Origin: Candidatus Eiseniibacteriota bacterium
GTDB lineage: Bacteria; Eisenbacteria; RBG-16-71-46; SZUA-252
DNA length: 64,000 nt
Assembly: GCA_963703225.1 (NCBI GenBank)
Contig: OY969801.1
Span: 256,001-320,000 of the forward strand
Direction: 5' to 3'
Shown here: in pieces, positions 10,533 to 20,127 of the stretch
Layout: each line of letters opens with the position of its first letter
Numbering within the stretch: position 1 is the stretch's first letter
The notes under the pieces: generated by a model
What the model was told of the DNA's origin: nothing
What the model saw: the letters and a program-made list of their open reading frames with translations, nothing else
Databases searched by the model: none
Made by a program: the position numbers and the translations under genes

Positions 10533-12242
10533 ATGGCGCATGCGCAGCTAAGACGAGTACCTCGCAAGTCGCCCGCGGTGGCGCGCCCGAAGAAGGGAGC
10601 CGCCAAGAAGCCCGCGCTTCGGGAAGCAGCCCTGCCCCCGCCCGTCGGGACCCTGCCGCCGCCGGTCAAGGGTTCCGCCAAGAAGATCGTCCGGCTCACG
10701 GCGGCCGATCTCGCGGAGAAGCAGCGCGAGATTTCGGTCAGCGAATTCTTCACCAAGAACCGCCATCTACTCGGCTTCGACAGCCCGGCGAAGGCGCTCC
10801 TCACCACCGTCAAGGAGGCCGTCGACAACGCGCTCGACGCATGCGAGGAGGCAGGCATCCTCCCCGATCTCGTGATCGAGATTCAGGAGATCTCTGAAAC
10901 TCGCTTCCGCGTGGCGGTTCAGGACAACGGTCCGGGGATCGTGAAGGCGCAGATCCCCAAGATCTTTGGGCAGCTTCTCTATGGCTCCAAATTCCACCGC
11001 CTCCGCCAGTCGCGGGGCCAGCAGGGGATTGGAATCTCGGCCGCCGGAATGTACGGCCAGCTCACAACCGGCAAGCCGATTACCGTCGTCTCGCGCGTCG
11101 CGGCCAAGAAGCCGGCGCACAAGTTCGACATCCAGATCGATACGCGACGGAACGCGCCCGTGGTGGTCTCGGACGAAGAGGTGTCGTGGACTCCCGATCA
11201 CGGGACCCGGGTCGAAATCGAGATCGAGGCGACCTACAAGAAGGGGCGGCACTCGGTGGATGGCTACGTCGAGCAGACCGCCATGGCCAACCCGCACGCG
11301 AGGATGACCTACGTTTCGCCGTCGGGCGAGCGTCTCGAGCTGGACCGGGTCGCGCCCGAGCTGCCCAAGCCTCCGCTCGAGATCAAGCCCCACCCCCACG
11401 GCGTGGAGCTGGGAATCTTGTTGAAGATGCTTCACGACACCAAGGCGAGGAACCTTCGCGGATTCTTGAGCAGCGAATTCTCGCGGGTGAGCCCGGCGGT
11501 GGCCGAGGAAATCGCCAAGTCGGCCTCGCTGTCTCCGGGAATGACGCCCCAGAAGGCGGCGCGGGAGCAGGCGGAGGCCCTCTACAACGCGATCCAGGCG
11601 ACCAAGCTGATGGCGCCTCCCTCGAACGTCCTCTCCCCGATCGGGGAGGAGCTTCTCCTCGGCGCGCTGAAGAAGCAGGTCGACGCGCGGTTTTACGCCG
11701 CGACGACGCGCTCGCCATCGGTCTACCGCGGCAACCCGTTTCTGGTGGAGGCGGCCCTCGCCTACGGCGCGGAAAGCCTGCCGGCGGATGAGCTGGTCAC
11801 CCTTCTGAGATTTGCCAACCGCGTCCCGCTTCTCTACCAGCAGTCGGCGTGTGCGGTCACCAAGTCCACGGTCCAGACGAACTGGAAGGCCTACGGCATC
11901 CAGCAGTCGCGGGGCGCACTTCCCGTGGGGCCGATGATCCTCATGGTTCACATCGCGTCGGTGTGGGTTCCGTTCACCTCGGAATCCAAGGAGGCGCTGG
12001 CGTCCTACCCGGAGATCATGAAGGAGATCCGGCTCGCGCTGCAGGACGTGGGCCGCAAGCTGGGCATCTACATCCGGCGCGGCATGAGAGAGGCGGACGC
12101 GGAGAAGAAACGCTCCTACATCGAGAAATACATCCCGCACATCGGGATCGCGCTGCAGGAGATCCTCGGGATCGACGACAAGCGGAAAGAGAAGGTCTGC
12201 GCGACCTTGAAGGACACCCTGGAGCGGAGCCGCCAGCCATGA
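10533..12242 (+). CDS. top6B: DNA topoisomerase VI subunit B
   Basis: [54 protein letters not shown] (GHKL motifs), [18 protein letters not shown]. Confidence 0.96.
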   Translation: MAHAQLRRVPRKSPAVARPKKGAAKKPALREAALPPPVGTLPPPVKGSAKKIVRLTAADLAEKQREISVSEFFTKNRHLLGFDSPAKALLTTVKEAVDNALDACEEAGILPDLVIEIQEISETRFRVAVQDNGPGIVKAQIPKIFGQLLYGSKFHRLRQSRGQQGIGISAAGMYGQLTTGKPITVVSRVAAKKPAHKFDIQIDTRRNAPVVVSDEEVSWTPDHGTRVEIEIEATYKKGRHSVDGYVEQTAMANPHARMTYVSPSGERLELDRVAPELPKPPLEIKPHPHGVELGILLKMLHDTKARNLRGFLSSEFSRVSPAVAEEIAKSASLSPGMTPQKAAREQAEALYNAIQATKLMAPPSNVLSPIGEELLLGALKKQVDARFYAATTRSPSVYRGNPFLVEAALAYGAESLPADELVTLLRFANRVPLLYQQSACAVTKSTVQTNWKAYGIQQSRGALPVGPMILMVHIASVWVPFTSESKEALASYPEIMKEIRLALQDVGRKLGIYIRRGMREADAEKKRSYIEKYIPHIGIALQEILGIDDKRKEKVCATLKDTLERSRQP

Positions 12243-13327
12243 GCGAGAAGGGCGTCGTCCCCAAGATCAAGAAGGAAGCCAAGGGAGTGGAGGAGCAGAT
12301 CCTCAAGCGGAAGAAGCCTACGCTCTACTTCCCGGTCCGCTCCCTCGCCAACGTGCGATATCTCGAGAAGGAAGGCTACTTCGAGATCCGCGGCAAGAAG
12401 AAGGAGCGCACGCTGACAGTGAACACGGTCAAGACGTTCGCACAGACCCTCAAGATGATGGCGCTCTCCAAGACCCTGGTGGAAACGGACGACATCGCCA
12501 CCAAGCGGGAGGCCTACTACGTCTCCAAGAACTGGGGCGACGCCCGCTTCCTGGAGCAGGAGGAGTCCGACACGGTCATGGACGACGTGGAGGCCCTGTT
12601 CGAGGTGAACCGCGAGCAGATGGGCTTCGTCCCCGAGGAGAAAGGGGGCGACGTGGCCGGGACGTTGATCGTCATCGACAAGGACCCCAACACGGGAAAG
12701 ACGATCCAGATCGATTGCACCAAGTTCGGAAGCGGCGCCTATTCCATCCCCATCTCGGTCGAGCATCTGCAATTCGAGACGAAGGCGAAGTTCATCCTCG
12801 TCATCGAGACCGCGGGAATGTTCCAGCGGCTGGTCAAGCACGGCTACTGGAGGAGCGCGAACTGCATCCTGGTATCGATGGGGGGCGTGCCGACGCGCGC
12901 TTGCCGCCGGTTCATCCGGCGGCTCGCCGATACCAAGAAGATCCCGGTCTACGTCTTCGTCGACGGGGACCCGTACGGGATCAGCAACATCTACCGCACG
13001 TTCAAGGTGGGGTCGGGGAACGCGGCGCACATCAACGAGTTCTTCTGCGTGCCGCAGGCGCGGTTTCTCGGCATCACGCCCCAGGACATCATCGACTACA
13101 AGCTGCCGACCCATCCTCTGAAGGAAGTCGACGTGAAACGGGCGAAGGACGCGATCAAGAACGACCCATTCTTCCAGCACCACAAGCCCTGGGCCAAGGC
13201 GATGGAGCAGCTCGTCACGATGGGGGTCCGCGCGGAGCAGCAGGCGCTGGCGGCGCACGGGCTCAACTACGTGATGGACACCTACCTACCGCAGAAGATC
13301 GCGCACCCGGATCGTTTCCTGCCGTAG
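12239..13327 (+). CDS. top6A: DNA topoisomerase VI subunit A (Spo11/Top6A family)
   Basis: ATGA overlap with top6B; TKREAYY (catalytic Tyr region); Toprim motifs IETAG and [22 protein letters not shown]. Confidence 0.96.
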   Translation: MSEKGVVPKIKKEAKGVEEQILKRKKPTLYFPVRSLANVRYLEKEGYFEIRGKKKERTLTVNTVKTFAQTLKMMALSKTLVETDDIATKREAYYVSKNWGDARFLEQEESDTVMDDVEALFEVNREQMGFVPEEKGGDVAGTLIVIDKDPNTGKTIQIDCTKFGSGAYSIPISVEHLQFETKAKFILVIETAGMFQRLVKHGYWRSANCILVSMGGVPTRACRRFIRRLADTKKIPVYVFVDGDPYGISNIYRTFKVGSGNAAHINEFFCVPQARFLGITPQDIIDYKLPTHPLKEVDVKRAKDAIKNDPFFQHHKPWAKAMEQLVTMGVRAEQQALAAHGLNYVMDTYLPQKIAHPDRFLP

Positions 13328-13366
13328 CGGGCTAAGCCTTCGAGCGCGGCGCTCAGGGCTCAGCGC

Positions 13367-13753
13367 TCAGCCGCCGGCGGACGAATCTCCGTCCTGCACA
13401 TCGATCCAGATGGAGACGCTGGCGCCGTCTTCTTCAAACTTGAGCTTTTCCCCGCGCGGCAGCCGCTGAAGCTGCTTCCAGATCCCCTTCAGCTCGAGCT
13501 CATGGCCGTGGTCGAGCCCCACCGACCCCTTGATCCCGAGGGCGTACATCGCATCGAGCGGACCCTTGGGCATCGTCGCCGCGAAGGTGGCCATGTCCCT
13601 TCCCGGCTCCCACACCTCGACCCGGACGACCGCTTTCTTCCCGTACCACCATGGGGTCGGCGAGGGGACATCCAGGCGGATCGTCCAGACGATGCCGATC
13701 GCGAGGCAAACGAGCGCCCCCACGGCGATCGCACGCCAGAATTTCTTGCCCAT
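13367..13753 (-). CDS. Hypothetical membrane-anchored protein
   Basis: AGAGGAG SD, N-terminal TM, 128 aa. Confidence 0.65.
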   Translation of the reverse strand: MGKKFWRAIAVGALVCLAIGIVWTIRLDVPSPTPWWYGKKAVVRVEVWEPGRDMATFAATMPKGPLDAMYALGIKGSVGLDHGHELELKGIWKQLQRLPRGEKLKFEEDGASVSIWIDVQDGDSSAGG

Positions 13754-13887
13754 GGTGGCTCCTCTGCTGGGGAAGCGTCAGGCGCGCGAAATCACGGCCT
13801 GCTTCGACTCATACGCGTCCTGGAGCCCCGCGGTTTCGGAAATTGCCGCGGGCCGCTCAGCGGATCCGGGCCAGTGGCCCGATGTGC

Positions 13888-16374
13888 TCAGCGGATCCGG
13901 ACGAGCTTCCGCGCCTGGTGCACGCTGCCGCTCCGGAAATCGCAGTAGTAGATCCCCGAGGCGGCCGCCACACCGCGTTGATCCTTGCCGTCCCAGTCCA
14001 CCGAATGCCGTCCCGCAGGGTACACGGCATCGACCAGCGTCCGGACCAGGGCCCCGCGAGCCGAGAAGACCCGAAGCGTCGCGTGCCCCGGCTGGAGCAG
14101 CTCGAAGTACATCGTCGTCAGCCCGCTTGACGGGTTGGGAGCGTTCACCCGAAACGCCGTTCGAAGCTCGGGCTGGATCAGGAAGAAGCCGTTGGAGAAG
14201 GCCCGGACGTCGCCCATCGCCGCGTTGTAGGCGACGCATCGGATCCGGGCGTGATAGGTCATCGAGGATGGGTCGGCCGGGTAGGTGAGCCATCGGGTCT
14301 CGTTGGGACCCATCGCGGGAAAGGCGCCGAGGCGCTTGGTGTAGGTCAGTCCGCTGTCTTTCGAGAGCATCACGACGACCGAGTCGGCGACGCCACCGTC
14401 GACGTGGACCTCCACCGAGTCCGTGTCCCCGAACACCGCGACGTGCCCGGCCGCCGGGCGCGACACCGAAACCGCGAGCGACGGGCCGAGGGTGGCCGCG
14501 ACGTCGAGCTTGCCCGCGCCCCACGACGGGTTCGGCACCGCGCCGGTCTGACCGTCCGCACGCGCCCAGGCCCTTAGCTGCGATCGGATCTGGGACGGCG
14601 TGGCGAGGGCGTTGGCCCGATGGCCCAGCAGCAATGCAGCCGCTCCGGTCACCTGAGGCGTCGACATGCTCGTCCCGGCCAGGATCGCGTGGGATCCGTC
14701 GGGGGTGACCTCGGCGTTCGAGAAGAACGCGGCGCGCGAGCGCGCCGACACGATCCCAAACCCGGGCGCGGTCAGATCGGGCTTTAGTACTCCGTCGCGC
14801 CTCGGACCCTGGCTCGAGAACCGGGCGACGGTGCCGATCGGGGGCGCGGGCGTAAAGCAGCGGAAGAATCCGTCGAACGCGTTCCAGCAGACTTTGGTCA
14901 CGTGGGCGCCGACCGCGATCACCGAGTCGGCGTCCCCCGGCGCGCTCACCACACCTCCAAAGACCAGGCCCTGGGTCCACCCCGCCAGGGAAAGGCCGTC
15001 CCCCAGCTGGCTCGTCTCGATGTAGGCGTCGACGCGTCCGGGTCCGCCGATGACGAGCGGCGAGTATTGAAAGTGCCACGCCCCGGTCGCGGGCGGCGGG
15101 GCGCCCGGCGCGTCGAAGACCTGCAGGTAGATCTCGCGGTCCCCGTTCGTGGTCGGGAAGGCGGCGTTGTAGAAATCGACGTAGCCGTCGGGGGTCAGGC
15201 GCCCCGTGAGGCTGTCTCCCGGCGCCACGGGTCCGAGCACGACCCCGCTCGGCGTCGTCAAGGTGACCGCGATCTGATCCGTCGGCTCATACCATCCGGA
15301 CACGATGAAGAAGTCATCTTCGGTTCCTGGCCCCGGCGCATAGGGCGGGACGAGCATCGTCATGTTCTGGCTCGTGGGTGGAACGAGGGTGACCTGTGCG
15401 TGGAGGTTGTCCGCTCCCTCGTTGCCTGCGGCGGCGACCACGATCCGTCCCGGGCCGGTCAGCTGGTTGATCATCTGATCCATGAGCAGGGTTCCGTCGT
15501 GCGGTCCCTCCTGCGTGCCGAGGCTCAGGTTGACGACCGCGGGCTGCCCGCGCTGCGCCGCCACCTGGAAGATGTAGTTGATCCCGTCGACGATTCCGGA
15601 GGTGGTGAGGTCGGTCTTCACGGCGCAGAGATCGGCCTCGGGAGCCATGCCCACGTAGGTATACTGCGGCTGCCCATGACCCGCGGCGCTCCCGTCGCCG
15701 GCGGCGATGCCCAGCACGTGGGTTCCGTGTCCGAAGTCGTCGATCTCGTTCGCGTCGCCGGCATTGATCTGGCCCGGTGTCCACTCCACGCCGTACGAGA
15801 ATCCGGCCGGGTGCGCTCCGTCCACGTTCTGGTCCCAGAGGGAGACGAGCCGGGTGGAGCCGTCGGGCCTTCGAAAGTCGCCGTGGTAGAGATCGACGCC
15901 CGAGTCGACGAGCCCCACCAGCACCCCGGCGCCGGTCTGCCCGGCGAACGCCGGCGGCACGGAGACGCGGACCGACGCCACGTCGGCGTCGACCGCGCTC
16001 TTGTCCAGGTAGTAGCGGCACCGGTTCGCCGGGCGGACGGCGCGGACGCCGGGGAGCGCGCCGAGGAGCGGGACTCGCGAGAGTGGAACGCGGGCCGTCG
16101 CGCCGGCCTCCGTCCAGGTGTTCACCTCGATGCCGAGCGATTGGAGGAGCGACCGCGACAACGTTCCTTCGAGGAGGAAGCTCGCGACCGGCTCGGCGCC
16201 GGGCCGGAGCGTGAGGTTCCGGGCGCGCAGAGTCTCAACGCGCGCCGGGCGTTTCAAGGCCGGGTTGGCCGCCGGGGCGTCGGATGCCGCCCCGGGTCGA
16301 GAAAGGGACACGCCGGCGATGAGGAGCGTGCCGACGGCTAGGATGCGGCGCGTCATGTTTCGGCCGAGCGTCAT
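13888..16374 (-). CDS. Secreted S8 (subtilisin-like) serine peptidase with internal insertion and C-terminal FlgD-Ig-like domain
   Basis: Catalytic triad VDSG / HGTHV / GTSMS, plus AAGN and KPDLTAPG. C-terminus NAPNP...GALVRTL...GRHSVDWDGKD...ASGIYY. ATGA overlap with the upstream permease. Confidence 0.92.
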   Translation of the reverse strand: MTLGRNMTRRILAVGTLLIAGVSLSRPGAASDAPAANPALKRPARVETLRARNLTLRPGAEPVASFLLEGTLSRSLLQSLGIEVNTWTEAGATARVPLSRVPLLGALPGVRAVRPANRCRYYLDKSAVDADVASVRVSVPPAFAGQTGAGVLVGLVDSGVDLYHGDFRRPDGSTRLVSLWDQNVDGAHPAGFSYGVEWTPGQINAGDANEIDDFGHGTHVLGIAAGDGSAAGHGQPQYTYVGMAPEADLCAVKTDLTTSGIVDGINYIFQVAAQRGQPAVVNLSLGTQEGPHDGTLLMDQMINQLTGPGRIVVAAAGNEGADNLHAQVTLVPPTSQNMTMLVPPYAPGPGTEDDFFIVSGWYEPTDQIAVTLTTPSGVVLGPVAPGDSLTGRLTPDGYVDFYNAAFPTTNGDREIYLQVFDAPGAPPPATGAWHFQYSPLVIGGPGRVDAYIETSQLGDGLSLAGWTQGLVFGGVVSAPGDADSVIAVGAHVTKVCWNAFDGFFRCFTPAPPIGTVARFSSQGPRRDGVLKPDLTAPGFGIVSARSRAAFFSNAEVTPDGSHAILAGTSMSTPQVTGAAALLLGHRANALATPSQIRSQLRAWARADGQTGAVPNPSWGAGKLDVAATLGPSLAVSVSRPAAGHVAVFGDTDSVEVHVDGGVADSVVVMLSKDSGLTYTKRLGAFPAMGPNETRWLTYPADPSSMTYHARIRCVAYNAAMGDVRAFSNGFFLIQPELRTAFRVNAPNPSSGLTTMYFELLQPGHATLRVFSARGALVRTLVDAVYPAGRHSVDWDGKDQRGVAAASGIYYCDFRSGSVHQARKLVRIR

Positions 16375-17219
16375 TGCACCCTCGATTTCGGCCGGCCGGC
16401 CCGGAACACTCCGACGACCGCGCCCATCACGACGAGGAGACCGGTGAGCGTGACGAGAATGCTGGGTGCCGCGGGGAGATCGAACTTCACCGATCCGACC
16501 AGGCCGAGGACGCTCGCGACGAATCCAAAGATCCAGCCGACCGCCAGAGCCGCGCCCGGCTTGGGCGTGGCAAGGAGTCCCGCCACGGCCGGGATCACGA
16601 GGAACCCGAACACAAGCAGGACTCCCGCCATCTGGACCGAGGACGTGACGACGAAGCCGAACGTCGCGTAGAAGAGGAGGTCCCACAGAAAGAGGCGCCG
16701 CCCCCGGGCCTCGGCGCCCTGCGGGTCATTGGTAATTTCGAAGAACGGTTTTCGCAGCGCCACGTGAACCGCGCCGATCACCGCGTAGAGGATCGCCACC
16801 CGCAGGACGTGCTTGGGATCCACGGTGAAGAGCGAGCCGACCAGGGTCTCCTTCAGATGCTCGGGACCCGCCGGGCTCTTTTCGAGAACCAGAAAGACCA
16901 AGGCCTGGGCGGTGGCGAAGACGATGCCGATGAACGCCTCGAGCGGAACGTTGCGCGACCGTCCACGGAGCCAGGCGAACACGGCGGCCCCGACGAAGGT
17001 CATCCCGAGCGCGAGGAAATACGAAGCCATCTCGTGGTGTTCCAGCCGGAGCACGACCGCAAGAGCTACGCCTAAGGCGGCCATTTGAGCGAGCGCGAGG
17101 TCCACGAAGAGGACCCCGCGCCGCACGATGTGGAATCCCAAGTACGCGTGGATGCCCGCGAGCACAAGGCTGACGATGACCGCGGTTCGGAAAAAGGGTA
17201 GGGCGAACGCTTCCGTCAT
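16371..17219 (-). CDS. Zn/Mn ABC transporter permease (ZnuB/ABC-3 family)
   Basis: Hydrophobic throughout; GFHIVRRGVLFVDLALAQMAALG and GVLLVFGFLVIPA. Confidence 0.9.
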   Translation of the reverse strand: MTEAFALPFFRTAVIVSLVLAGIHAYLGFHIVRRGVLFVDLALAQMAALGVALAVVLRLEHHEMASYFLALGMTFVGAAVFAWLRGRSRNVPLEAFIGIVFATAQALVFLVLEKSPAGPEHLKETLVGSLFTVDPKHVLRVAILYAVIGAVHVALRKPFFEITNDPQGAEARGRRLFLWDLLFYATFGFVVTSSVQMAGVLLVFGFLVIPAVAGLLATPKPGAALAVGWIFGFVASVLGLVGSVKFDLPAAPSILVTLTGLLVVMGAVVGVFRAGRPKSRVQ

Positions 17220-17229
17220 ATGCCTCCGG

Positions 17230-18132
17230 TCACTGTGCCTGCCCCGCGCCCGCCGTGGCGAGCGCGCTCATCACGTCGTGGAAGTGCGCCAAGTAGCTTC
17301 CCGCCGTCGGCGCGTCGCACGAGGGTGACATGACCACGACTCGCATTCCAGCTTCGCGGCTAAGGAACCGCCCGGCGTCGTCGGAGAAATAGGGTTCCTG
17401 CAAGAACAACGAGACTTTCCGCGCCTTGGCGATATTGACCAGATCGGCCAGGTGCTTGGCCGTCGGCGGAATTCCGGGTACCGGCTCCGCCTCGCCGGGG
17501 ATGTCGATTCCGAACGCATCGCCGAAGTAGGTCCAGGAGCGGTGGTAGGTGAACATCACCTTCGAGGGAAGCTTACCCGCGGCGGCCTTCTCCTGGGTCC
17601 ACGTATCCTCGGCCGATTTCGCGAACGCCTCGGCCCGGGCGTGATAGTCATCGGCGTGAGCCGGGTCGACCTTGGCCAGCGCGTCGGCGATGGTCCGGGC
17701 GACGATCGCGCCGTTTCGGGGGTCGAGCCAGTAGTGGGGATTGCCATTGGGGTGGACGTCGCCCATGGAGGCGTTGACCAACCCTGTCGGCTTTTCGAGG
17801 ACAACGACTCCCGGCGAGCAGTCGACAAGCTCCAGGTGCTCATTCCGCGAGCCGTCGACGATCCCGTCGGCCCACTGGTCCAGCCCGAGGCCGACCTTCA
17901 GGTAGATTTGGGCGTGAGAGACCTTGACCATGTACGAAGGCAGAACTTCGACATGGTGCACGTCGGCGCTAGGGCGGGCGATGGCGAACGCCTCGACCTC
18001 GTCTCCTCCGACGCTGCTCGCGATCGACGCGATGTCGTTGATGGAAGCGGCGACGCGAACCTTGGCGTGAGCCGCCCCCGGCAGCATCAGCACTCCGAGG
18101 AGCGCGATGGAAAACAGGCTACGAAGACGCAT
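17230..18132 (-). CDS. Zn/Mn ABC substrate-binding protein (ZnuA/TroA family)
   Basis: Signal peptide; DVHH, GDVHPNGNPHYWLDP, YHRSWTYF, EPVPGIPPTAKHL. Confidence 0.92.
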   Translation of the reverse strand: MRLRSLFSIALLGVLMLPGAAHAKVRVAASINDIASIASSVGGDEVEAFAIARPSADVHHVEVLPSYMVKVSHAQIYLKVGLGLDQWADGIVDGSRNEHLELVDCSPGVVVLEKPTGLVNASMGDVHPNGNPHYWLDPRNGAIVARTIADALAKVDPAHADDYHARAEAFAKSAEDTWTQEKAAAGKLPSKVMFTYHRSWTYFGDAFGIDIPGEAEPVPGIPPTAKHLADLVNIAKARKVSLFLQEPYFSDDAGRFLSREAGMRVVVMSPSCDAPTAGSYLAHFHDVMSALATAGAGQAQ

Positions 18133-18144
18133 GGGATCCTCCCA

Positions 18145-19281
18145 CTAGAACTGGTGGGCCTTGTGCGGGCCCATCGAGAAGATGACGCGCAGCGTGAACG
18201 TGTTGATCGAGGCTGGGTCCTCGGTCATCCCCGGCTGCCTACCCGGTGCCAGGTGGTCCCAGTCCAGCCGAAACGCGGTCGTTTCCTCGAGCAGCGCGTA
18301 GCCAATCCACAGCTTGTAGGCCTGGTCCGAGACCTCGTCGACGGTCGGCTCTTGGAATTGCTCGAATGACGCCCCAAAGTTGTACCGGATGGCAAAGTTG
18401 TAGTCGGCGTAGACGTACCCGCCAGTCGGGGAGATCGTCGTCAGGGTGTAGCTCGCGGTGGGCTCGTCCCAACCGGCGTCATCCCGCTCCAGGCGGAAGA
18501 GTTCCCCCTGGAGGACGACGTAGGAGTTGGACGACCTCCAGAGCTTGGCCTTGACGTCGGCGCCATATACCTTGGTTCGGGCCGACGCCGCGACGTTGTT
18601 CGTCCCTCCCGTGGCCGAAAGGCCGACTTCCAAACCCGAGCGCTCGCCCACTTGGGCGAAACCGGCGAGGCGTCCGTTGAACGCGGGTCGCGGCTCGTCG
18701 GGGCGGTCGCCGCCGGTGGTGGTGACGAGCGGATCATTGGGTGCTCCACTGTCCTCTCGGTCGATGCGGTAGCTGTCTCCCTGAAGCCAGTCTGCCGCGG
18801 CGGTGAGCGAGAACGTGCCCGGCATCGGGATCCGCTCCGAAAGCGATACTCCGGTCTCGTTCAGCGCCTCGTCGCCCGGGAGATAGGCCGCCATGACGTG
18901 GAAGCGGTCCGCGAACGGGTACGCATGGGGGTGCTGAGGATTCAATTTGCCGAACCCGACGCGGTACTTGCCTCCCTTGATGGCGAGCCCGCCTGGTAGC
19001 CCGCGGAGAAGCTGGAAGTAACCCTCCTCCAACTCCATTCCTTCCTCGCCGAGCGAGAGCACGAACGTGCCGCGCGCGTAAGGATTGAGGTAGGCGTCGA
19101 AATTCAGCTCCACCTCCCCCGGGTCGAGAACCGGGCGATCGTGCGCGGGATCGTTGAGATCATCGGTCATTCGAATAAAGGGCTGCCCTATGACCGAAAT
19201 GTCGGGATTCACGACGCCCGCCATCGCGGGCGCGCTCGCAATCGCGATCCATGCCAGTGCCAAGATAATTCGTCGGAACAT
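18145..19281 (-). CDS. Outer-membrane beta-barrel, putative metal (Zn) uptake porin/receptor
   Basis: Strong SD AAGGAGG, signal peptide, NPDISVIG, FGKLNPQHPH, and a His-containing C-terminus MGPHKAHQF, as in OM proteins encoded beside ZnuAB. Confidence 0.8.
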   Translation of the reverse strand: MFRRIILALAWIAIASAPAMAGVVNPDISVIGQPFIRMTDDLNDPAHDRPVLDPGEVELNFDAYLNPYARGTFVLSLGEEGMELEEGYFQLLRGLPGGLAIKGGKYRVGFGKLNPQHPHAYPFADRFHVMAAYLPGDEALNETGVSLSERIPMPGTFSLTAAADWLQGDSYRIDREDSGAPNDPLVTTTGGDRPDEPRPAFNGRLAGFAQVGERSGLEVGLSATGGTNNVAASARTKVYGADVKAKLWRSSNSYVVLQGELFRLERDDAGWDEPTASYTLTTISPTGGYVYADYNFAIRYNFGASFEQFQEPTVDEVSDQAYKLWIGYALLEETTAFRLDWDHLAPGRQPGMTEDPASINTFTLRVIFSMGPHKAHQF

Positions 19282-19490
19282 GAAGCTGTTCCTCCTTAGA
19301 GCCGTGGGTACGCTTCCGTGTGCACCGCGCGTCCGCCATGCGGCCCAAGGCCCGGCTCGAGATCGCCGGGAAAACGCCCATTTCACCCGCCGTCACGCGG
19401 GTCGGCCCAAGACCTAGAGAGGCCCGGGGCGGCGAATGGAATCGGGGTTCTTACGGACGCGCCGGCGCGGCGCGTGAAACGCTGGAAGGA

Positions 19491-19784
19491 CTACCCTTGC
19501 GGAGGAGCGCGGCTCTGGGAGGGTTGCCGGAATTCCGATTCCCAGACCTGATCGTCCGGGACGGTGATGATCGCGCGGGTGACCGCGATGGATTCAGGCT
19601 GGTATGCGGTGGGCGACGTCAGGCCCGGCGTGTGGGCCAGCGTACAGAGGGCGCAGTCGCCGTTTTGGAGCGCGCCGTGATGCTGGTGCACCGTCGTGAC
19701 GATCACGGTGCAGAGGAGATAGACCACGAGCGCGGCGCGGAGCCACGGGTGGAATCGCTGAGTGCTGAAGGTCATCGGTCGCAT
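19491..19784 (-). CDS. DUF2946-like leader/arrest peptide (CruR/CutF-like)
   Basis: Hydrophobic N-terminal segment, HQHH, CALC, Pro-rich linker, C-terminal SRAPPQG; directly upstream of the metal-uptake operon. Confidence 0.8.
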   Translation of the reverse strand: MRPMTFSTQRFHPWLRAALVVYLLCTVIVTTVHQHHGALQNGDCALCTLAHTPGLTSPTAYQPESIAVTRAIITVPDDQVWESEFRQPSQSRAPPQG

Positions 19785-19893
19785 CGATTTGTCCGCCAGC
19801 CTACCGCGCCAGCTCCTATGTAACAATCGGGGAGCACCGCTAGCCTTGTCAACCCCGGACTCGAGAAGTCGGTTCCTGCGCGGAGCTTGGGGG

Positions 19894-20064
19894 TTACCCC
19901 TTTCGCGCCGCCCAGATCATCCCGACGCCCCACACAATGAGCAGAACGGGCCAGTAGCGGAGGATGCTGCCGTGGAGATATCCGAATTCCTTGAGGAGGA
20001 GGAGGATTCCCACCGCGATGAGGGTGAGCGGGAAGGCGATGCTGCTCTTTCCTGGACCGGCCAT
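19894..20064 (-). CDS. Small 56-aa two-TM protein (LiaI/LiaF-TM, DUF5668-like); not in the ORF track
   Basis: Manual translation MAGPGKSSIAFPLTLIAVGILLLLKEFGYLHGSILRYWPVLLIVWGVGMIWAARKG*, SD AGGAGG; its YWPxxLI motif also occurs in the neighbouring gene. Confidence 0.8.
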   Translation of the reverse strand: MAGPGKSSIAFPLTLIAVGILLLLKEFGYLHGSILRYWPVLLIVWGVGMIWAARKG

Positions 20065-20127
20065 CGATTTCCCTCCTGGATGCCGCTTCCACCGGGGACT
20101 CGCTGAAAGAGATCTACGACGCCTTCA

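Noticed and set aside
13888..16374. S8 protease as the leader peptidase (LanP) of the RiPP cluster
   Set aside because: It lies 22 kb away, is coupled to the metal-uptake operon, and has a generic secreted architecture.
19815..19852. Possible Zur box or promoter upstream of the RAPP leader (TTGACA ... ATTGTTACAT on the minus strand)
   Set aside because: Only a half-site resemblance with no palindrome, and the -35/-10 spacing is poor.
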